The translations under genes were made by a program, and so were the position numbers. Shown here piece after piece: positions 40,422-54,352 of a stretch of 64,000 nucleotides of DNA. Source of the stretch: Octopus vulgaris (taxonomy: Eukaryota); contig OX597819.1 of the NCBI GenBank assembly GCA_951406725.2, positions 66,402,001-66,466,000 on the forward strand. Reading direction: 5' to 3'. Under the pieces are notes generated by a model, which worked only from the letters and a program-made list of their open reading frames with translations, made no database searches and had not been told where the DNA came from. Position 1 is the stretch's first letter. Each line of letters begins with the position of its first letter.

Positions 40422-41224
40422 CTTAGAGAATATGACTTGGTACAGGCCCGTGTCCAGAAACTGGACGTTATCTGATCCCTTTTGAAGAAGAGACGACATA
40501 TGCATTACAAAATTATATTGTTTGAGTAGCAACATTAAAATTCGTTCAAAAGAAAATACAAACACAGGAAATAATACCAGAGGAAATATTTATGTCTATC
40601 TTTTAGAAAACCCTATAAATTCATAAGAAACCAGAACAATGACATTCATAGAAAATAGGGACATCTCCATGTTCAAAAGTGTAAATATGTACGTGAAGCC
40701 CCAAATTTGTTACTCTGGAAAGTGACTGACTAAAATATAGGACTTTTTCTATGTATGTACGTACGTACGTATGTATGTATGTATGTATGATTGTATGTAT
40801 GTATGTATATATGTATGCATGTATGTATTGTGTGTGTATATACATGCATTATATTTATTTGTATTTAGGGCATTACTATATACATAAATGCCTCACGATA
40901 GGTGGCTTTTATGTATAGTAATGCCCTTACATCTTTTCCCTTATAAGGTTTTTCACGCTAACTACTTGATAATTTCTGATAAAGATTTCATCCTATTTTA
41001 AAGTTATATTCGTGTATATGTATGTTTTATATATGTGTATGTGTATATTTATGCACACACACACATATAAGCACACATGCACACACACACACAAGCACAC
41101 ATGCACACACACACATTTATTGTGCGATGAGTAAATTTTCGCCATTTTATAATTTTTTATTTTGCGCATGCGCGTTTGTTTTTCTTGATTTTCTCCACTA
41201 CACAATATAGTAGGGACAGTTGGG

Positions 41225-41935
41225 CACCGTCTGTGAGAAAAGTAGCACCATGACGCAATTCACTCTGCCTGAAATTTGAAATGGACATGCAGTGATGCTT
41301 GGCATTCGCATCGGAAGCTCCAATACAAACATTTCAGAGACCTTGGATGTCAGTCTGAGAACAGTGCATCAAACATCCAGTCAACATCATGGTGTTTGGA
41401 GAGAGCACTAGTGATAGCGAGGTTATGCCTCCATTTACCTTCCTACCTACCCTCAGATTCAACACGCAGGCGTACCTGGAAGAGGTAGTGCAGCCCTGGG
41501 TGAAAATAGGACTCAGCATCATGCCACACAAGCAGGAGAACACAGTTATGGCTGTCAGACAATTTCTTGGATCACATCATCCGTAACATCTAGCCATCTA
41601 AGGCCCCAAACTACAACCTTTTTAGTCATTATGTGTGGGGCGTAGTTGCGCGAGAGACTAACAATACTCATTGTCATACCAAAGAAGAAGCGAAAGCAAC
41701 GACTATAGCAGAATTCCCAAACTTAAACAAGGAAACTGTCCAGAAGAGTTGCAGATGAGTCCGAAGTTATTTGGAAGCTGCAGTTTAAGCCAATGGTGAT
41801 TTTATTGAATAAATTAACTCTTTAGTTTTTCCAGATATTTTTATGTAATTTTGGAAAATATATCTGCTGAAATGAGATGTCAGTGTTATTTTGATTTTTA
41901 CTTAATTTAGACGACAGTTTATTCACCGCACCCTG
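41225..41935 (+). mobile_element. Decayed, internally deleted Tc1/mariner (maT/DD37D-like)
   Basis: HPVNIMVFG, VMPPFTF, YLEEVVQPW, DSASCHTSRRTQ, YVWG motifs across frames; right end ...attcaccgcaccctg+TA. Confidence 0.7.
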
Positions 41936-42172
41936 TATACATACATACATACATATAAAGTAACAATCTACGTCATATATATGCACGATCACATATTCAG
42001 CACACAAGTATAATAATTTGTGTGTGTGTGTGTGTGGATTATTAATCGACTTAACTCGAATACGAATATCTCAAAACAGTAATACACATTTAAGGAACAC
42101 TAACATATATATAAATATTTTGTATATATAAAATATAGGAACATGTAAGTATATATGTGTTTATATATCTAT

Positions 42173-42196
42173 ATAGATAGATAGATATATAGATAT

Positions 42197-42266
<70 letters not shown>

Positions 42267-42274
42267 TGATAGAT
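42173..42274. repeat. (GATA)n microsatellite
   Basis: Direct reading. Confidence 0.95.
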
Positions 42275-42460
42275 TTACGTATATTTGGTAAATAGAATAG
42301 CTCTCAAGTTAGCTAGTGCTGTGTGCAACAGGCACATTATCTTTGCCTTAATGAAGCTGTCAGAAATGTCAGCGATTATTCTTAATAGCTGTTGACGTTT
42401 TGTGTTAGAACGCTTCTAAATATGATTCCCATGCACACAGATTCCTGCTGATACACATAC

Positions 42461-42495
<35 letters not shown>

Positions 42496-42618
42496 ACAAA
42501 CACACACACATATATGTATATATGAATATATATATATATATTTATATATGTATATAGATATGTGTTTGTGTTTCTGTGGTGGCGTATGTGTAACTGTGTT
42601 CACACGTATATACATACA

Positions 42619-42697
<79 letters not shown>

Positions 42698-42906
42698 ATG
42701 CATATACATATATGCAGTCATCCGTACGTATATCATCATATTAACATATACAGTCCCATATAATAGACATATTCACACACACATACACATATATACATAT
42801 ATATAAACACACACATATATATATATATATTCATACATATACATATATATAGATATACATAACATATATATTTATATATACATATATATATATATAGATG
42901 TGTGTG

Positions 42907-42962
<56 letters not shown>

Positions 42963-43418
42963 ACCGTATATACAAAGGTTACATCTGCTATATTCGTCAT
43001 TCTGTGGCATTCATCATTCGCAAAAGCTCGTTTACGTCCTTGCTTACCCGAATATGCTTGCATTCCGTTATTTCAATGTCTTCTAGTTTTCTTTACTTTC
43101 CCAAAATCCGGCACAATTCCATTATTTTATATTTATTGCGTTAATTATAAAGAGCACAATCGTTTGAAGTTCCTCTTTGGCTCTAACAGTTGTGAATTGC
43201 AATCTCACTTTGGTAGGGATTACTTTTGACGAGTTATTCGCTTCTCAGAATATTTACTGACTCATTACTCATTTGCGTTAAGCACTCATATCTTTCGAAA
43301 TAATGATTCACTTAATTACATGAAAGTAATAATTTATTGTAAGAGATCAGCTGTTATGATATTTGTTCTTATTTTCCGTATCACAGATTGAAGCAGCCAA
43401 GAAGTTGTTGAAGAAACC

Positions 43419-43481
43419 ATGGAAGTAACAAATGAGAAACCTGAAACTATTTTGAATTCAGCAAGATTACGTCTTGTTAAG
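43419..43481 (+). CDS. Candidate first coding exon of an unknown host gene (MEVTNEKPETILNSARLRLVK)
   Basis: Acceptor ttattttccgtatcacag|43387; in-frame upstream TGA; Kozak accATGG; phase-0 donor AAG|gtaggt; unique sequence. Confidence 0.4.
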
Positions 43482-43750
43482 GTAGGTGCAACATCATTCC
43501 TCGTTGAATTTCGAACGCTCGCTTATTGAGACTTGCTGCGGGACAATGTCAGAATATATGTCGTCGGATGATGTGCAATAAGTATGACGATAATTAAATG
43601 GCAAATAAATATTTTTGATGTAACGAAAAAGAAGGCAATAAATTCCATTACAGAAGCTGCAGATATGTCTACTAGTTGGCTCTGGAAAGCGAACCTGCGG
43701 TTTGCTCCTATGTGGATCTATCAATCAATATTTATTCAAATTTCGGCAAA

Positions 43751-44155
43751 GGCGTAGGAGTGGTTGTGTGGTAAGTAGCTTGCTTACCAACCACATGATT
43801 CTGGGTTCAGTCCCACTGCGTGGCACCTTGGGCAAGAGTCTTCTGCTGTAGCCTCGGGATGACCAAAGCCTTGTGAGTGAATTTGGTAGACGGAAACTGA
43901 AAGAAGCCCGTATGTCGTATATATGTCTATATATAAATGTATGTGTGTATGTTTGTGTGTCTTTGTTTATCCCCCACAACATCGATTGACAACCGATGCT
44001 GGTGTGTTTACATCCCCGTAGCCAAGCGGTTCGGCAAAAGAGACCGATAGAATAAGTACTAGACTTACAAAGAATAAGTCCTGGGGTCGATGTGCACGAC
44101 TAAAGGCGGTGCTGCAGCATGGCCGCAGTCAAATGACTGGAACAAGTAAAATACT
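43751..44155 (+). mobile_element. SINE family 2, near-consensus full length
   Basis: tRNA-like head, ccttgggcaag core, internal microsatellite, structured tail. Confidence 0.88.
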
Positions 44156-44174
44156 AAAAAGAGAGTAAAGAGTA

Positions 44175-44600
44175 AAGAAATATTTACAACAGGGAAAGCG
44201 ACAGCCATTGACAGACATTCATTAAGGCTTTCCCACACGCTTCCATTTTCAGCCACTAGAAGTATTTCATTGAGCGACATCCTACAGTCTGTAAGAATCA
44301 TACGATGGTAAGTCGTGGTTCTTGTTCGTTTCCTCTCGCGCTTTCCACCATGTCGAGTTTTAAGTAGCAGACACTGTTCATAGCATTCATTCAGTAGGTG
44401 TCTTAGTTGGTGATCAATCTAGCTCAGTTGGCGTTCCTTTATTCTTGTACATCCTCAGCTGCTTGGTACTATGCATCAATGGAAACGTGGTCGTTATAGG
44501 ATATCTGATAAATTTTCAACTGTCTTCTTGTGTGAAAAGCGGTCACGATGGCTCTTTACCGATTAGTATTTACATCGATCACTATTGGGATACAAGCTAG
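44175..44600 (-). mobile_element. RTE-like LINE 3' fragment
   Basis: LLKTRHGGKRERKRTRT...ILTDCRMSLNEILLVAENGSVW resembles an RTE C-terminus. Confidence 0.55.
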
Positions 44601-44971
44601 GAATTGATCGATTCCCGGTTGGTGTCAATTAGGTGCGTGGTCTGACGCTGAAAGAAACGAAACCGCCTGAGATACCAGGAACATCACTGATGATGTATCG
44701 CAAAGCATACGTGAGATTTATCGTAAACTAAAGTTTAGTAACAAACGTGAGAAGTTCAGTCTCTATTGTAGCATAGTAGCACAGCAAGCGTAAGATATAT
44801 GGAATGAGCTGTTATGTCTTCTGTCTCAAATTATTACTTAGAATGTCTAATGCGATTAATATCAAATTATTGGCATCTGTCCACTGGCTGGAACGAATAA
44901 GTGGTAATTCATAATTATACCCATTCATTTCATATCTAAATGTACACATTTATTTCATATCTAAATTTCTC

Positions 44972-45040
<69 letters not shown>

Positions 45041-45363
45041 TATGTATACATATGTGTGTGTGTATCATACAAACGTTTGTTTTCCAAATAAATGTTTCCT
45101 ATATATTTTATCCAATGTATTGTATTAATGTGCCATATATCCTTTTATCGAATTATTGGTATTCATATATATTCACTTTCGTAACTAATTATTTTGCTTA
45201 TTATTGATGAGGTAACTTTCGTAATTATTCAGCCATTACATTTTAATATTCTTTAGATTAACATTCACTCAGTCTTTATCACTGTTATCATCATCATTGT
45301 CGTCATCATCGTCATCATCGCCACCACTACCACTACCATCACCACCACCACCACCACCATCCG

Positions 45364-45405
<42 letters not shown>

Positions 45406-45457
45406 TGTGACCGACGTCACAATTTTGCTTTTATTCTTGACAATATTTTCTTTATTA

Positions 45458-45669
45458 AGACGGCGAGCTGCTAGAATCGGTAGCACGCCGTCGGACGAGA
45501 TACTTAGCGGCACTTCGTCCAACATATGGTTTGAAGTTCAAATTCCATCGAGGCCAATTTTTGCCTTTCATTCCTGCCGGTGTCGATGAAGTAAGTACCA
45601 GTCTAATACTGTGATCGATGTAATTACCCATCCTTTTTCCCCAATATTGCAGGACTCTTAGCAGAAAGG

Positions 45670-45670
<1 letters not shown>
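45458..45670 (+). mobile_element. SINE family 1, degenerate
   Basis: gacggcgagctgctagaatcggtagcacgcc...agttcaaattcc. Confidence 0.7.
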
Positions 45671-45741
<71 letters not shown>

Positions 45742-45896
45742 TTACTTCTTGGTCTTACTTGCTCTGGTCAAATTTGTGAGAGCGGACACCAACCTGTTGT
45801 CAGAGGTCTCAGAGGCCCTATTCCGCAATTTTATAAGCTTTGGTACTTCGGTGTAAACTTATTGTGGAAGACACTCAACATGCAATTCCTAATTAA

Positions 45897-45969
<73 letters not shown>

Positions 45970-48870
45970 TCCTAACACAGTGTAGGCAAAATTACATCGG
46001 TGTCTTTAGTCATCTGTCAAGTTACAACAAGGATCTCGGACAGATAATACTTTCATTAAGGTGTGCGCTGTGCCTAGTAAGGCTGCTTTTTGCAAGACAT
46101 CAATCTTGCTTGGGATTTCCAGTTGCCTTAAGTAGTTTTGAAGTTTCAATGGGTTTGAGCCCAACGCTCCGATTACCACTGATATCACTTTTACATTACC
46201 CTCTCGCATCCCATACACTTCTACTTTCAGTTTGGAGTAATTGGTGATTTTTCAACCTCTTTACTCATAACATTCCATATAGTTCCACTTTCAATTCGGA
46301 ATACCAGGTGATTTTTTCAACCTCTTTACTCACAACATTCATGTAATTTAGTATGGCTACATCAATGATCTGACTGTATTTGTCTCGCTTATTCAATATG
46401 ACAATATCCGGCCGAAGGTGTTCGATTACACGATCTGATTGGAAATATTAGTCCCAGAGTATCGTTACTATTCCATCCTCTTGCATAACTTTACTTGGTA
46501 CATGCTCATACCAGTTCTCTGTTACTTTATATTGTTATTTACGGCAAAGGAGCCAATAAAAATACACACAAAATTTATCGTGGCGGGATTTGTTTTCTTT
46601 TTGTGCAAGGTTCTCAAATCCACTTACTAAGTGCGTCACATTTTCCACACTCTTTCCACAGAGCCTACATTTCTGGGTGTCTGAAGTTTAATAGATGTTA
46701 TACTTCACTGAATTGGTAGCGTGAGCCTGGTCTTGTGCAGCAATGATCAGGTTTTCAGCGGTACCCCTCAAACCATCTCACTCATGCTATGCCCATGACG
46801 CTGTATTAACCTGAAAGTCCTGTTTATTCCTTTTAAACTGTCCATGCATTCTAATTTCAAGGTCTTCTTTTCTCTTCTCAGCTCTTTGGTTAAACTCCTC
46901 CTTGCTCATCATTTCATCTGCATTTACACCCATATCTTTCGCGGCATATTTCAGCAGGTCTTCATCACTATTTATCAGACAGTCGGCAAGCGTTCTCTTT
47001 TCGCTCCTTATACAATGGTCTATAGTAATTAGTCCTCTGGCACCATTCTTTTTTCTCATATACAGTCTGTTTACATTTGCTTTCGGATGCAGCGTCATGA
47101 ACTTTCTCGTCCTTCTAGCCTGTGTTGATATTTCCTCCTTAGTCCATTCGAGGATGGACGCACTATATCTGACCACCGCAACGGACCAGATATTCATTGT
47201 GATAAACAGATTTTGGCATCCAGGTTGGATTTCAACACCATCTACACCCTTTTTTGTACGCCTCGCTGACCCTGACTTTCACTTCTCTATTTAGAATGTC
47301 ATCCAGCTCCAAAATCCCTAAATATCTATACTCACTACCGTCGGATTCACCCATGGTCTCTCCTGATGGTAACTGCAATCATCTGCAGGCTGCTTTCTTC
47401 CCTCTTTTTATATTAAGTACTCAGCATTTGGTAATCCCAAATTCTATACCTATATCCCTAACAGATATCTAGGATATTTTGGTTAAGGAACCTCTCTGTT
47501 GTTCAGGTTTCCCAAATAAATTCAGGTCATCCATAAACAGAAGGTGGTTCAATGATAGGACTTTCTTCCCACATCGGTAACCCCTCTTAACTTTCCTGAG
47601 TGTCATTGTTATGGGTATCAGTGCAATTACAAATAGTAACGGAGAAAACGAGTCCCCTTGAAAGCTGCTCCTTGTAATATTAACTTCTCCAAGGAATACA
47701 TTACTTGAGACAATTTGGTTTTCTACTCTTTCATGCTATGCATCAGAAAATTTGTGATATTGTCAGCAACACCAAACATATGCAGGCATTCAACGATCCA
47801 AGAATGAGGCATCATATAATATGCCTTCTTAAAGTCAATCCAAGCCATAGACATGTTTGCGTGGTGTTTTATACAATGCCTCAAAACTGTTTCATCGATG
47901 ACCAGGTGATCCTTGGTACCCTGTGAACTCTTTCTACATACTTTTTGTTCATTTGTAGTATTTCGTCCTGTGCCAGGAAAGTGTGTCTTTGCTGCACATA
48001 TTCCAGTTAGTATCTCCCTGATTATATTTAGGCATGCTATGGGCCGGTAGTTTCCCACAATATTCCCCTTATAAGTGCTGTCCTCCCAATCACCATTGCT
48101 CAATTTTATCTAGATCTTGCCTTGCCCGCACTATGTCCCTTTCAATCCATCGTTTCCACCATGGTTCTTTCGTTCCACCATTTTATTCTCTTAAGTTGTA
48201 ATTTCTCCTCAACAATGAGCGCAATAGCTTGTGTTATGTCCTCCGTCTGGATGTGTGATATTACAGTATTTATCTTTTGTGTTACTTTGTTTATCATACT
48301 CCTATCTACCTTTCTCATATTCATAAGGCTTTTTTTCTTCTGGATCATTTATGAAGTCGGTGAGTCGTCTTTGAACTTCAAGCAATTCATTATCTAGTTT
48401 GTTCATTCCCCCTGCATGTCCACCAACCACAGTATCAGAGTTCACTGTATAACGTTCTTGTTCATTATCCTTAACAACCGCATCACTATTTCCTTGTCCC
48501 TCCTGTCTGCTCTTTTCTCTGCTTTCAACTCTTACCTCTCTATTTTCAACTCCGACAATCCATTGTAGCCCATCCGCAGGATCTCTCAGACTCTCTCACT
48601 AATCCGAGATATTTCTACTCAAGTTAAGTAACCCTTCCTCCTAATCACTCTCACTTGGTTCATTAGTTTATTTTCTGACATTGGACACATGTCCTTTTCC
48701 ATCCAAAATTTCAGGGTACGTCGGCCTACTCCGCAACTTCTCTCCAGCTTTGCTCTTTCTATAAGTGTATCGTACTCTTCCTTCGTCCACTTACGTCTGT
48801 TTTTGCACTCACCTTGTATGTGATCTGTTGTGACATCTCTTTCGTCGCTGCCTCAGTAAATATTACTCGT
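45970..48870 (-). mobile_element. R4/Dong-clade (RLE) non-LTR retrotransposon, decayed
   Basis: N-terminal RRKWTKEE...ENKLMNQVRVIR; RT motifs NYRPIACL, AWIDFKKAY, QGDSFSPLLF, NHLLFMDDL; RLE RPDIVI; C-terminus VVIGALG...LQKAALLGTAH; 3' end abuts (TAA)n. Confidence 0.88.
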
Positions 48871-49529
48871 TGACTGCAAGGAATAATTAGTGTATCATTC
48901 GATGTAAAAACACAGAGCACACATTCCAAAAGTAGGTAGAGAAATGAAAAATAGAACAGGCGACACACAAATATATAGGAAGGTATGTGATGCAAATCTG
49001 GAGTATAAAATCGTAAGTCGCACGGAGGACAATAAAGGCAGGATAAAAGTGAATTTTCCAACCAAAGGAAAGACCAGAAAACACGCGACTAAGAGGTGTA
49101 AGGGACTTATGCTCACAATAGTCTAGCTTGGCCGAGGTATATTCAAATTTAGAATAGTTGACATCTCCCAGAATTCAACATATTCTGGTTAGTGACAGTG
49201 TTTCCCTTCAGTATGGAAGAGGCAGCTTGCATTCTGGAGATACAGAAGATACGGAAACAGAATTTGTCAAGTCAAGGAAATGTTAATAGAGACAAATAAT
49301 TGTATTGTGTTGATGTTGACGTTGTTTGGAAACTTTCAGTTGCTATTTTTGGTGATGTGGTTTTAACAGCGGTGTTTCTTTTGTTACTTTTCTAGCTGTT
49401 GCTTCCAACGTTGTTTTTATGACGTTGCTCCTTAATATAGTATTGAAAATGTCGTTCTTTTAGTCAGGGTCTGATTCTAATTCCTGATTCGAAATACTGT
49501 TACTGCTGTGATGAAGGTGAGTGGCGCAT

Positions 49530-50250
49530 GTCGAGGAGATACACAATTGGTGATACACAAACATGCCCCATCTCAAACAGATCTATCCACGACAAACACC
49601 ACTTCATGTCATACATCATAGAGAGGGACGGTAAAGAAGCTTGCTTGGGTGGGGTCCTGATCAATTTGGGTCTGTCGAAAGTCTTAGAGAAAGTTGACCA
49701 CCAACTCTTGGTTGCTGTTTAAGAGCTCTCGGTTTTGGTACCGTCCACAGTGGCTGGATTGCTGCAACGTATAATGATATCTGCTTGGTAGTTCGAATGA
49801 ATTCCTATCGGAACGATTCCATGTCATGCGCACTGTTCATCAAATGTGTGTTCACTCGTCTCTTCCATATGTAATCTATCTAGAGCCACTATTGCAGAAA
49901 CTAGACGTTGATTTGCAACCCGCGTGAACGAAGAAGTGGTAGAACTGTAGGAAAATATGTGGACGGCATCATTGTCATAGTGTAGAACACCAGCGACAGA
50001 GACCTGGTGGACCGTGCACTAAAAGAATACAAGGCAATAACTGTAGCAGAAAGAAACAAAGAATAGTCGATGGACCTGCGTATCGGTAGCTGACGAGGCA
50101 GGTCGATGCTGTCCAATAAGTTCTTAGACGCTGGGTAGAAGGACTGGCTATCCTGCTCGGAATCCGCTTTACTCCAGATCATGTAGTTGAGAAGACATGA
50201 AAGGAGTTGGCGAAAAGGGTTGCCAATATTATTCAGAAATGGGCCGAAAC
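49530..50250 (+). pseudogene. L1/Tx1-type reverse transcriptase fragment
   Basis: QTCPISNRSIHD...LINLGLSKVLEKVDH (degenerate LDxxKAFDRVDH), LEPLLQKL, YVDG. Confidence 0.65.
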
Positions 50251-50548
50251 TTTATTTGAGCTGATATTAATTTGAGATATTCATATTAACGAAATCATTG
50301 ACACACAGTCTATATCTATTAGCCTTCTGGAATCAAGGAGGTTTTGATTCAATATCATAGAATATGATTCAAAAATGCTGCAAGCTCTCATCACAGCTAC
50401 AGTCAACCGGATTATTCTCTGCAGATATTTTCATTCTATGGTTCGTCAAATGTGATGCTGTGAAATATCTTCCTTGCTTATAGACTTCAGCACAACTATT
50501 CAATTTACTTCTTTTTTCTCGTTAATATTGTAAATGATTAAAATTATT

Positions 50549-50760
50549 TTTTCTTCTCTACGGACAAGGCACAAAATTTTGGGGGGACAGGGACAGTCGA
50601 TTAGATTGACGCCAGAACCTAACTGGTACTAAATTTATCGACCCCGAAAGAATGAAAGGCAAAGTCGACCTTGGCGGAATTTGAACTCACAACTTAACGG
50701 CAGACGAAATATCGCTAAGCATTTCGCCCGGCGCGCTAACGTTTCTGCCAGCTCGCCGCC
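50549..50760 (-). mobile_element. SINE family 1 monomer (tail type B)
   Basis: Ends tttctgccagctcgccgcc. Confidence 0.85.
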
Positions 50761-51395
50761 GTAAATGATTAAAAATATTAACTTAAAGTATATTAGACTG
50801 CATTAAGTATTCACTCTTAATAGTTTCGCATGTCCTAACAACGTATTTTACGAATTTCATCTTTCATTGAAACCATTAAGATAATTAATTATCGCCTTTT
50901 AATTATTATCAGCAGCAAGGTTAACAATAATGCTAATAATAAAAATCGTGAGGGGATTTAGTCTATACCATTTAGTTCCATCTCAATCGATGACTGGTGA
51001 AGTTGCCATTTGTCAGACATATTTTTCAGTATGTAATCTCTTTCACAAAGCTACTGGTTTTAAACAAGGCAAACAAGTTTGGATCACAATGTCGTAAATG
51101 GCGTCACGCATTTGCAATTCCCGGTGGATAACGGGATTGTCGTAGGAGGAGTCATCAAGCTTTGTTCTATAGAAATTTAGTGCACAAAGGAATGCCTACA
51201 AAGATCGACTAATGACTTTTCTCAGCAGTTCATTTAGTTTAGAGATTTTTGCCAACACCAAGAGAAAATTGCTGTGTCATTAAGGCGAGAAATTCTTGCC
51301 TTAATGCATAAATTCTTCAGCAAAAAAAATCTATTTGCTTACTCGCATTATTATCTCTCTCTCCCTCTCTGTAACTCTCTCTTTCTATATATATT

Positions 51396-51455
<60 letters not shown>

Positions 51456-51523
51456 ACATGCACATGTATGTACGTATATATCTACATATGCATGTATGTA
51501 TATGTAAACTAATATATGATGTA

Positions 51524-52803
51524 CGAGGGGCGCTCAATAAGTAATGCCCTTGACCCACTTCCCATAGCAGTAGAGCAACGAAACTTGGCACAGTTATTAG
51601 TCTTTTTCTACATAGGAACCACCCAGAGTTACGCATTTCTCCCATCGTTTGATGCGGCTCTGGAGACCGTTTTTGTAGAAGAACCCAGCTTGGTCCTCCA
51701 ACCTCAACGTGACTTCAGAAATCAAGGCTGCATCATCTGGGAAAGGCTTTCCTTTCAAAAACAACTTCATGATTGGGAAGAGGTGAAAATCAGAGGGTGC
51801 AAGGTCAGGAATAGGGAGGAGTTCATAGCCATACGCCTGTGCTTCTGATCTGGCGACAAGCGAGTTGTGGACCGGAGCGTTGTCCTGCAGGAGGAGGATG
51901 CCTTTGCTGATCTTGCCCCGCCTCTTGATTTTGATAACTTCTCTTAATTTCCTCAAAAGTAAAGCATAATAGGCTCCTGCAATCGTGGTACCCTTTGCCA
52001 GAAAATCTGTCATCACTACTCCGTCCTGGTCCCAGAAGAGTGTGAGCATGACCTTGCCAGCGGAGGGCTGCACCCTTGCCTTCTTTGGAGGGGGTGAGTC
52101 ACGGTGCTTCCACTGCATTGACTGGGCTTTGGTCTCTGGATCATCGTGATGGACCCAGGTTTCATTCTGTGTAATCAGTCTTTTGAAAAATTTTGACTCA
52201 TCTTTTTGGCACATCTCCAAATTCACCCTCGAGCACTCGACGCGTTCTTGCTTCTGGAAAGGCGTGAGCAACCTGGGAATCCATCTGGCAGACACCTTTT
52301 GCATATGCAAATGGTCATGAATGATAGTTTCCACAGACCCGGTACTAAACTTGACCTTATGGGCTATTTGGCGAATAATTATGCGTCGATCTTCCAAAAT
52401 GGCAGCCTCAACTTGACGGACAGATGCCTCATCAATGGCAGAAGGGGGCGACAAGATCTGGGAGCTGTTTCCACAGAGTTCCGACCATGTTTGAATTCAC
52501 GATGCCAGCGTTTTACAAGGTCATATGATGGGGCATCATCACCATAAGTTACTTTCATTTCATCAAAAGTCTCCCGTGGTGTGCGTCCTTTCAAATACAA
52601 AAACCAGATCACTGCTCGACACTCAACAGGCTCCATTTCACACTCGACTCAGTTCAAACACCTGTAAATCAGAAACCACAATTAATTCAGAGCTGTAATT
52701 TGCCACTTACTCTTTAGAGATATAAATGATTGCACATGCAAAAGTGCAGGTAGATCAAACAACTGCAAGTGGGTCAGAGGCATTACTTATTGAACGTCCC
52801 TCG
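51524..52803 (-). mobile_element. Full-length mariner transposon, 1280 bp
   Basis: ~37-bp TIRs cgaggggcgctcaataagtaatgcccttgacccactt / aagtgggtcagaggcattacttattgaacgtccctcg; TA TSD both sides. Confidence 0.95.
51597..52636 (-). pseudogene. Mariner transposase (irritans-like), inactivated
   Basis: ARWIPRLLT, QNETW (first D>N), QDNAPVH, PDLAPSDFHLF with 4-codon deletion; frameshift at G-run 52444-52448. Confidence 0.9.
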
Positions 52804-52814
52804 TACCTATATAT

Positions 52815-53185
52815 GTGGAGGCGCAATGGCCCGGTGCTTAGAACTGCGGACTAGCGGTCCTAGGATCGCAGTTTCGATTCTCAATCCGTGCATTGACATT
52901 GTGTATATTGAGCGAAAACACCTAAAGCTCCACGAGGCTCCGGCAGGGATGGTGCCGAGCCCTGCTGTACACTTTCACCACAACTTGCTCTCTCACTTTC
53001 TTCCTGTTTCTGTTGTAGCTGTATTTCAAAGGGTCAGCCTTGTCACACTGAATCTCCCCGGGAACTACGTTAAGGGTACACGTGTCTGTGGAGTGCTCAG
53101 CCACTTATACGTTAATTTCACAAGCAGGCTTCTCCGTTGATCGGATCAACAAGAACCCTCGTCGTCGTAACCGATGGAGTCTCAC
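52815..53185 (+). mobile_element. SINE (head B + tail X)
   Basis: Head matches 4887; tail matches 3990-4170. Confidence 0.8.
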
Positions 53186-53965
53186 GACCTATTTATATTT
53201 ATATATATATACACACATTAATATTTATATAGTATTATTCATATCTCCATGTGAATGCTTTAAAATATACCTACACACCACCCGAAGAAAATCAAGAATA
53301 ATTTCACGTTCCCTAAGGTGTTTATAAATGTCTATCTTCAACAATACATACGTAGGCTCATACATATATATCTCTATATGAATGTATTTATGTATGAATG
53401 TACTATGTATTCTCATACATACATGCATACATACTTGCCTACAAACATGCATAAACATATTAGAGCGTAATGTACAGAGGTGTACTCAGTAGCTGGTGTT
53501 TTGATTTCAGTCAAGCGTTTTGTAATACGCTTTCCTATTTCTACAATGCTGTGTACGGCGAAGTTTGCAAAGAGAATATGGCAAACATTACAGTCATAAT
53601 GCATAGAGAAGCCTAACTTGTTCTTAGTTATTCCAAGAGGGATATTATCATTGATCGTTTGTCGCTGCAAAAGATTTTAGCATGTCGACAACGCCAACAT
53701 ATTTACCAGCAAGTATTTGAAAGATTTCGTAAGTAAGTGAAGAAAGCTCCATATGTAACCACAGTTATTTTGAAGTCACCAGCAGATTCGATGTGCTGCA
53801 AATTTTTATAGTTTTTAATATATGTATTTGGCAAGAAAAATATGTCGTTGGTGCGTTTCCAATCTATAATGGATTGTAGAGTATTCTATAGATATACGTG
53901 TATGCTATATAGCTTATATTTTATATACACACATGCATGCTTGCATACATATACATATATATATG

Positions 53966-54013
<48 letters not shown>

Positions 54014-54319
54014 TATACACACACATATATATATATACATACATATATAAATGCATACATATATATGTATATATATGTATATAAATATATATGTATATAC
54101 ACGCGTGACTGTAAGTGCATAAATTATTCTACTTATTTTTTGTATATCTTTCTATAGATGTTTTTATATATATATATATATATCTACATGATGTATGTGC
54201 ACACACACACACATATATATATACATATATATATATGTATATATATATATATGTATATAAAAATATATATACATATATATATATACATATATGTATATAT
54301 ATATACATATATACAAATA

Positions 54320-54352
<33 letters not shown>

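Noticed and set aside
44103-44155. SINE family 2 tail as a ribozyme (hairpin followed by GAAAC-AA-GUA in the family consensus)
   Set aside because: No CUGANGA upstream and no HDV-like nested pseudoknot visible
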